A stretch of DNA of 64,000 bases from Octopus vulgaris (Eukaryota): contig OX597817.1 in NCBI GenBank assembly GCA_951406725.2, positions 171,492,001 to 171,556,000 on the forward strand, in the 5' to 3' direction. The first letter of the stretch is position 1; every line of letters begins with the position of its first letter. The notes beneath the pieces were generated by a model that had not been told where the DNA came from, made no database searches, and saw only the letters and a program-made list of their open reading frames with translations. Shown one piece after another: positions 55,823-64,000 of this stretch. The position numbers and the translations under genes are program-made.

Positions 55823-58100
55823 CCATCACCTCCACCATCACTAAAACCACCACTGCTACTGCCACCACTATCATCATCATCATCATCATCATTGTCAAGT
55901 AATCTTCATCATCATCATCATCACCATCACCACCACTGAAAACCACCACTTTCGTCACTACTACCACCACTGTCATCATCATCATCGTCATCATCATCAT
56001 TGTCAAGTCATCATCATCATCATCATCATCGTCATCATCATCATCGTCATCATCATCATTGTCAAGTCATCATCATCATCGTCATCATCATCATTGTCGT
56101 CATCATCATCATCGTCATCATCATCATCAAGTCATCATCAACCTCATTACTGCTGCTTCCACCATCACTAAAACTTCCACTGCTGCCACCACCAATGACA
56201 ACAGCAAAATAAGCTACCATCACCCATTCTTTTACGCTACCATAGTCACCACCACCACCACCACCACCACTACCATAACTACTACTACTACCACCACTAC
56301 TGCTGCTGCTGCTGCTGCTGCTGCAGTCATAATTGAAAGATTGCATACTGTAATGACGGTGTGTGATGGCAGATCCCTACAAGGTTGCTACCATATGAAA
56401 CAGGGATATTTTAGGCAAAAGCTGCTAATTACCATCTTCTTCGTAATAGAGTAACAGAAGCAAGACTGTGATGGGAAAATAGCATCTGCTGTTGATGACG
56501 ATGATGGTGGTGGTGGTGGGGGTGGTGGTGGTGGTGATGGTGGGGGAAGGCGGTGTTTGTGATGGTTGCGATGGTAGTAGTGACTGTGGTGGCTGTGTGA
56601 GCGTTGTCGATGGCAATGCTCCTTACTGAATGGTGGTCGTGATGACAGTGAGGGCGATGACGGCGGTATTGATGGTGGTGGTGGTTGCTGTTGGTGGTGA
56701 TGGTGTGGTGATGGTGGTGATGGTGGTGGTGATAGTGGTGGTGATGGTGGTGGTGATGGTGATGGTGATGGTGATGGTGATGGTGGTGGTAATAGTGGTG
56801 GTGATGTTGGTGGTGATGGTGATGGTGATGGTGATGGTGATGGTGGTGGTAATAGTGGTGGTGATGTTGGTGGTGATGGTGATGGTGATGATGTGGTGGT
56901 GATGGTGATGGTGATGGTGATGGTGTTGGTGGTGATAATGACAATAACGTGTGATGATGACAACAATGATGATGATGATGAGGAGGTGGAAGGGGGAGGA
57001 AGAAGAGAAGAAGGAGATGGAAGAGAAAGAAGAGGAAGAGGAGGAGGAGAAGTAGAAAGGGGTGGAGGAAGAAGAGGTGAAGATGATGACGATAGTTGTG
57101 GTAGAAACAGTGATGATGACAATGTTGATCTTGGTGATGACAGTGATGACGATGGGGCAGATGAGGATTGTGGGTGGCAGTGATGAGAATGGTGACAATG
57201 ACGACAACGGCGATGACAATGATGAAGGTGATAACACTGGTTATTGAAGCTGGTGGTGGTGGTAGTGGCAGTGGTGGCGGTGGTGGTGGTGGTGGGTCAT
57301 GGCTAGTGGTTGCAGCGTGGCAAATGGTGTTGATCTCAGTAAATGTCAATGACATTGGTAACGGCAGAGATGATGATGGGGTCAAGGATGATTGTGATGA
57401 CAATGATGATGATGATGATGATGATGATGATGTTGATGATGATGATGATGATGTTGATGATGATGATGATGATGATTATGTTGATGATGATGATGATGAT
57501 GATGATGTTGATGATGATGATGATGATGATGATGATGTTGATGATGATGTTGATGATGATGTTGATGATGATGATGATGATGATGATGTTGATGATGATG
57601 ATGTTGATGATGATGTTGATGATGCTGCTGCTGCTGATGATGATGTTGATGATGATGATGTTGATGATGATGATGTTGATGTTGATGATGTTGATGATGA
57701 TCATGTTGATGCTGCTGCTGCTGCTGATGATGATGATGATGTTGATGATGATGATGATGATGTTGATGATGATGATAATGATGACGATGATGTTGATGAT
57801 GATGATGAAGATGATGATGATGATGTTGATGATGATGATAATGATGATGATGATGTTGATGATGATGATGAAGATGATGGTGATGATAATGATGATGGTG
57901 GTGATGATGATGATGTTGATGATGATGATAATGATGATGATGATGATGTTGATGATGATGATGGTGATGATGATGATGATGATGGTGATGATGATGGCAG
58001 TAGTGATGATGAGGATGAGGATGATGACAGCAACAGTAGTGATGGTGATGATTATGATGACAGTGATATTGATAATGATAGCAGCATTGACGATGGTGAT
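55341..58100. repeat. Very large compound trinucleotide field: (ATC/ACC)n with ~185-bp higher-order units, then (GGT/GAT)n
   Basis: Direct reading; it produces the spurious poly-M/D/I/H ORFs. Confidence 0.95.
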
Positions 58101-58138
58101 TATGACAAATATACTTTGCAACCTTTCAGAGTAAATTA

Positions 58139-58183
<45 letters not shown>

Positions 58184-58277
58184 AGTCGATTTCTAAGGTT
58201 TTTATACAATTCACAATATATTTTCTCTAAAATTTCTAGGTTTATGTCTATGTTAGACAATTATCATCATCATCATC

Positions 58278-58756
58278 AGCCAGCCGCCAACACTTTTTTT
58301 CTGCAAAATAGGGGTAGCTTATCCTGTTCAGGCTATATGATTAGCATTATCCTGCGTTTGAGAATAAAAAAAACTCACTTCTTTAACTTTCTAAGACATC
58401 TCAACGCTTCGAAGCCAAACTTCATTTGTTTGTTTATGTTCATCATAACTTAAATTTTATGTATGATAGCATCTCATAAAGCGAGATTTCTATATATATT
58501 AAATTTGCAGAAGAATTTGTGGTGTGGGCAGTTTAGCTTAATGGTTCAGAGCACCGTGACATGTAATCATGGAGGTGTGAGTTTGTGTCTCATAGCCAGC
58601 CGCCAACATTTTTTTCTGCAAAATAGGTGTAGCTTATCCTGTTCAGGCTATATTAGCATTATTCTGTGTTTGAGAATTAAAAAATTTACTTCTTTAACTT
58701 TCTAAGACATCTCAACACTTCTAAAACAAATTTTGTTCATCGTAACTTGAATTTAT
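58278..58756. repeat. Direct duplication, ~316-bp period
   Basis: AGCCAGCCGCCAACA...GTAGCTTATCCTGTTCAGGCTATA at 58278 and 58594. Confidence 0.85.
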
Positions 58757-58759
58757 TAT

Positions 58760-59308
58760 CATTATTGAGTGAGAGAGCAGTGCATGCCATCAAAGTGACA
58801 CTGGGGTAAAATAAACGAAGCCCAGTATACCCATCATGACTACCCGTCTGATTAGGGTACACCAGGTACATGCATCACAACCATATGTGCACGACATGCT
58901 GATCTCATATCAAGATAAACAGTGCATGACTTTGCAGGTGGGGCCCAGTTAGAATTTTCTTCTGGTCGAGTAGCCCATCCCACTCAAAAGGTCCCTGAAT
59001 AAGGTTTATTTAAGAATGTTGAACAACCCATGTTTCTAAAGGTGAATTATCCAAACCTCCAAGAATTCCTTTCAACACACAGCTACGATGCTCCCCCACT
59101 ACTTCTACTCATGATCAGAGATGCACATATCGTCAGCCACTAAAGGACATGCTCACCTGGTTAAGGTCAAACAACTGACAAGCAAATCTGTGGTATTGAG
59201 CAGAATATTTGCTGTAGGCCATCTTTTATACCAAGACAAAACAATGTACATGATAACACTTCCAATCAGTTAAGATCAGAAGCCATGAGGGCCACTGTCT
59301 GGTACTGC
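58760..59308. repeat. Interspersed repeat of unresolved class
   Basis: Its right end matches, in reverse, the short fragment at ~27741-27778 (GTACCAGACAGTG.C.CTCATG). Confidence 0.45.
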
Positions 59309-59401
59309 TGTGGGATTGAACCAGAGTTTGTGATAGTGAAGCAAATTTCTTGATCTCACCATCTTCCCATTTGTGCCTTATCTCTCACACATGATTATAT
59401 A

Positions 59402-59684
59402 TTATCAGTTAGAGTTAGAATTTCTAATATGAATTATATTAAAATTTCAGTGTTATATTCAATTGTATTTGAAGAGAATAACAGTAACCAGGTCATATAG
59501 GTGCAACAAAAGACATTTCAATGCTTAATAGAATATAATAGGATTACGAAACAAAATGAAAGTGAATATAATAGTCTATTAGAGATTTAAATGGTTGCCA
59601 TCACCGTTAAAGCAATTAATATTAAAATTTTACTCTGTTGTAAACACCAGTCTGAGATTAAAAAAAAAGAAAGACAGGCAACAA
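59402..59684. repeat. Right arm of the ~280-bp long-range inverted repeat
   Basis: Reverse complement of 51593-51873. Confidence 0.92.
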
Positions 59685-60058
59685 ACTCATTGAGGCAAAC
59701 ACAAATTGTGTATCCATTGCTTGTCTAGTAATAGGTTCTTTGATGTTTTATACTCTTAGACTGGTGCTTGCAAAGGTATTGAATATACGCCACTATTGCC
59801 ATCCTAGTTGTTGTCACTGTTTAACGTTCATTTTCCTATGCTCGCTTGGGTCAGACAGTCTGTTGAGGTAGATTTTTATTTATTTTCTTTTTATGGCCAG
59901 ATATCCACCCTGTCCTCTTTCCAATGCATACCTGTTTCCCATTAAGGTAATATTTCCCCCAAGACCAGACATGCTTGTGCAGTATTTTGGGAAGGAATAA
60001 TGTTCATTTGCGATAATCATGGGATGCCAAGTAAATGAGACACAAGCATACAGACGCT

Positions 60059-60093
<35 letters not shown>

Positions 60094-60276
60094 TTCAGCA
60101 TCAAACAGGGACAGTAAACAATGATGATGATGATGATGATGATGATGATATAATAACAAGCTTCTTTCAGTTTCTGTCTACCAAATCCACTCACAAAGAT
60201 TTGGTTGGTCTGGGGTGACCGTAGAAGACTCTATCCTGAGGCACCACACAAGTAGAACTTCTTAACCACATATGAT

Positions 60277-60339
<63 letters not shown>

Positions 60340-60341
<2 letters not shown>

Positions 60342-60820
60342 AGACCTGGGATACTTCCGGCACCAGTTCCGCATAGCCCCTGCCCATTCAAAGTACCTTG
60401 GATCCCGGAACATCTCGCTGTGCTTGAGGAGACTTGTTGAGTCAAGTGCATGTACATGTACATGAACATCGAACCAAATATCAATGGAAACAGTAGTTGT
60501 GATACCTGTGCCGGTGGCACATAAAAAGCACCATCCGAATGTGACCGATGCCAACCCCGCCTCGACTGGCTTCTGTGCCGGTGGCACATAAAAAGCACCA
60601 ACCGATCGTGGCCGATGCCAGACCCCTCTGGCACCTGTGCAGGTGGCACGTAAAAAGCACCCACTACACTCGTGGAGTGGTTGGCGTTAGGAAGGGCATC
60701 CAGCTGTAGAAACATTGCCAGATCAGACTGGAGCCTGGAGCAGCCCCTGGCTCCCCAGACCCCGGTCGAACCGTCCAACCCATGCTAGCGCGGAAAACGG
60801 ACGTTAAACGATGATGATGA
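60340..60820 (+). mobile_element. SINE-like family C (three internal repeats)
   Basis: Homology to other copies; (GAT)n tail. Confidence 0.8.
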
Positions 60821-61547
60821 TATATATATACATATATATACATATATACAATAGGCTTTCAGTTTCTGCCTACCAAAATCCATTTACAAGGCTTTGGTCA
60901 GCCGGAGGCTATAGTAAAAGAAACTTGCCCAAGGTGGCACACAGTGGAATGGAACTGAACCTAGAATCATGTGGTTGGAAAGAAAACTTCTTACCACACA
61001 ACCATGCTGTGACACGAAAATGACACTGGTATTGACATAAAGAGCAGCCTTTCTAAGACTTTCAGCAGTTGCATAGCAACATACTTTGCAACCCAAGAGG
61101 AAAAGACTGATGATACAAAATACTTAGTAAACAAGAGAGACAGTGAAACCCTTCGAGTACCAAGATGTAACTGAAAATGATGATCATGCATGTGATCAGC
61201 AGCTGCTCAAAAATGTCATCAAGGTACTTCCTCCTAATGTGACATAATGTTGTTTCTGAAACAATATGCCATCTGAAAAACGGACTGTTTGGAAATGAAT
61301 ACAGAGAACCCCCACTGTTATAAAATATATAAATTAACATCAACACAGGGAACAACATCATCAAAATTTCTCAAAAGGGTAAGCATAACAGGCTGGAGGT
61401 CCTTATTTGGGAAGACAAGGAAATATATCAAAATAGGGGTCAAATACCCTGCTAATGTGGGTATCTCTTTGAAAATTAAAGAGAAAGGGGTTAACTAAGG
61501 TCATTTACTTTGAAACTATCATTTTCAATACCAAAGTTATAAATTCA

Positions 61548-61937
61548 CATGTTGGTGGCACAAAAAAGGCACCATTTGAGCATGATCATTACCAGCATCA
61601 TCTTACTGGCACTTATGCTGGTGGCACATGAAAAAACATTCGAACGAGGTTGTTGCCAGTGCCGATTGGACTGACTCCTGTGCAGGTGGCACGTAAAAAC
61701 CACCATTTTGAGTGTGGCCATTGCCAGTACTGCCAGACTGGCCCTCGTGCCGGTGGCACATAAAAGCACCCACTACACTCTCGGAGTGGTTGACGTTGGG
61801 AAGGGCATCCAGCTGTAGAAACTCTGCCAGACCAGATTGGAGTCTGGCGCAGCCATCTGGTTCGCCAGTCCCCAGTCAAATCGTCCGACCCATGCTAGCA
61901 TGGAAAGTGAACGTTAAATGATGATAATGATGATGAT
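61548..61937 (+). mobile_element. SINE-like family C (four internal repeats)
   Basis: Homology to other copies; (GAT)n tail. Confidence 0.8.
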
Positions 61938-62466
61938 CAATAATAACTGGTGCAATTGATTTTGTGAGTAAATGCATAAGTGGGAGTCTGGATGGTGTTT
62001 CAAAGAAATAAATCAACCTGCTTAAATGCACATTACAAATACATTCCATAACTGGAACAGTAAAAATATACAAGACTTTTCTCAAGTTCAGAGTGTAACA
62101 TTGTTCTTTTTTTTTTTTTAATCTACAGTCCAATGATGGACCTTTGTATCTTTGTTAGAAATCAGCCCCTTCCTTAGAAGAAGACTTCAAATAATTAAAA
62201 GTAAAAGAGAATAAACATACTGATAGGGCACAGAAAGTGTGTCAATAGCCAGGTGGAGGAGGTGTCCTCCTGGGGCTACAAGGTACAGTAGCATCCACTC
62301 TTAGGGGTTAGCCACATCTGAGTGGCAAATATACCTCATGATGTATTGCAGCTACTGTTTATACCTCACTCAGAGAATAAACATACATATGTATGTACAT
62401 AAATAATAATAATAATGAAATTATTGTATACAGTGCTCAGGTGCACCATACATACATACATAATGA

Positions 62467-62858
62467 TTACAAGTGTAGGTTTATACTTGTAAATTTTGTG
62501 GCACTGGGATATGTAACAAATTGCCTATGCACCAATCTTGAGAAATTAGGCTTCTCAAACTCAGGAAGGAGAAAGCTAACTCAAAGACTACAGATCCAAG
62601 CCATCACTGGAACTTCAAAAATTTGTAAAACTTTTCAGATATACAACTATAAGCATGAGAATACATACATAAAACAAAGCATATAAATTTGCACATGCAC
62701 TGGCTCTAAAAACTGCACACATACACACAAACATGCACAAATACCCTGTTGATGTTGGTGAAATTCCAATGAAGGAACCTTGGATCTGGGTTAGAAATCA
62801 GCTCTTTCTCTATTGGCAAGAAATCTTGAAATAAAACTGAATAACGACATTCATACAC
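62467..62858 (+). mobile_element. 3' end of a second RLE-type LINE family (decayed C-terminus plus 3' UTR)
   Basis: Translation ...ALGYVTNCLCTNLEKLGFS...LQIQAITGTSKICKTFQ parallels the GALG...IQKIALLGT terminus of family 1. The 3' UTR is shared with 11995-12210. Confidence 0.6.
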
Positions 62859-63401
62859 ATTTCTTTAATAATAGCTGCTGCTTGTAGATTGGTTAGGAGG
62901 TTGGTTGAATTCCCTGTCATGCTTTATATTGTATAGAGAGAGGGGGAGAGAAAGAGCGAGAGAGAGAGAGAGAGAGAGAGAGAGTAAAAGCCAGATAAAG
63001 GGAGATATGTAGGATGAGTGCATATACCAGCATCTCTTTTCATTCTTATAACATTCTGAGAAATTAGATTTATGAAAGTTTTACTCAGTTTAGCTTTTAC
63101 GACGGAGTAGATTGAGATTATGTTGATAAAATTTAGAAAAATGATACTATATATTTATTGCAAATATGCAAACGAGAAACTTGTCTCATTTAATTTCATT
63201 TTAAAGTAAGAAATATTTTCCATTCGAAAGATAGTATTCATTTCATCATTTTGTTTAAGTACCAAGAAACAAGATAAAAGTTAAATCATAATTATTGTAT
63301 GTATGTTATATTTACTGATATTACCCATGGTAGAAAAAGTATACTTCCAAAGTTATTCACCATATGATGTGTAACACTCCATTATATATATATATATACA
63401 T

Positions 63402-63807
63402 CTCTTTTACTCTTTTACTTGTTTCAGTCATTTGACTGCGGCCATGCTGGAGCACCGCCTTTTAGTCGAGCAAATCGACCCCGGGACTTATTCTTTGTAA
63501 GCCCAGTACTTATTCAATCGGTCTCTTTTGCCGAACCGCTAAGTGACGGGGATGTAAACACACCAGCATCGGTTGTCAAGCAATGCTAGGGGGACAATCA
63601 CAGACACACGAACACATACACACACATATATATATGTACATATATACGACAGGCTTCTTTCAGTTTCCGTCTACCAAATCCACTCACAAGGCTTTGGTCG
63701 GCCCGAGGCTATAGTAGAAGACACTTGCCCAAGGTGCCACACAGTGGGACTGAACCCGGAACCATGTGGTTGGTAAACAAGCTACTTACCACACAGCCAC
63801 TCCGGCG

Positions 63808-63810
<3 letters not shown>
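63402..63810 (-). mobile_element. SINE family A, young full-length copy
   Basis: CpG-retaining and close to 960-1378. Confidence 0.85.
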
Positions 63811-63859
<49 letters not shown>

Positions 63860-63898
63860 CATATATTCATATATATATATATATATATACATATATAC

Positions 63899-63946
<48 letters not shown>

Positions 63947-64000
63947 GTATATATATATACATATATATATATACATATATATATATACACATATATATAT

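Noticed and set aside
56388-57403. His/Pro/Thr-rich ORFs of 204-324 aa
   Set aside because: Translations of (GGT/GAT)n repeats; all three minus-strand frames are open.
57168-58214. 323-aa poly-Asp ORF and overlapping poly-Met/poly-Ile ORFs (could suggest an acidic biomineralisation protein)
   Set aside because: (GAT)n microsatellite that is open in several frames on both strands, with no signal peptide, splice support or non-repetitive coding context.
61020-61500. Coding-looking unique stretch with short ORFs
   Set aside because: Multiple stops, and no motif or splice pair I can support.
62244-62340. HDV-like ribozyme resemblance (GAGGTGT/ATACCTC pairing, GCCAC/GTGGC hairpin before CAAAT)
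   Set aside because: P3/L3 and P1.1 cannot be built with correct spacing, so there is not enough support without a covariance search.

Overview
Eukaryotic, AT-rich, repeat-saturated DNA that is mostly intronic or intergenic. The SINE families and the density of (TA)n, (ATCT)n, (AAT)n, (ATC)n and (CATA)n microsatellites resemble Octopus (coleoid cephalopod) genomic DNA; this assignment is from recognition, not a database search. Almost all ORFs in the supplied track are microsatellite or SINE read-throughs. One real host gene is supported on the minus strand: a short ATG-bearing exon (20255-20373) joins in phase to a 1061-nt exon (7966-9026) encoding a disordered, polyQ-containing region. A 30-nt microexon may follow at 3987-4016, and the gene probably continues past the left edge. 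Mobile DNA includes about four SINE-like families (dozens of copies), two families of R4/Dong-type (restriction-like endonuclease) LINE 3' ends in microsatellites, mariner and maT remnants, two non-autonomous Helitrons, a piggyBac-like MITE and fold-back elements in (TA)n. The best lead is a head-to-tail dimer of a ~350-bp unit (34661-35357). Each copy carries a differently decayed minimal type I hammerhead ribozyme, making it a candidate cephalopod non-LTR retrozyme. Coordinates of degenerate repeats are approximate.
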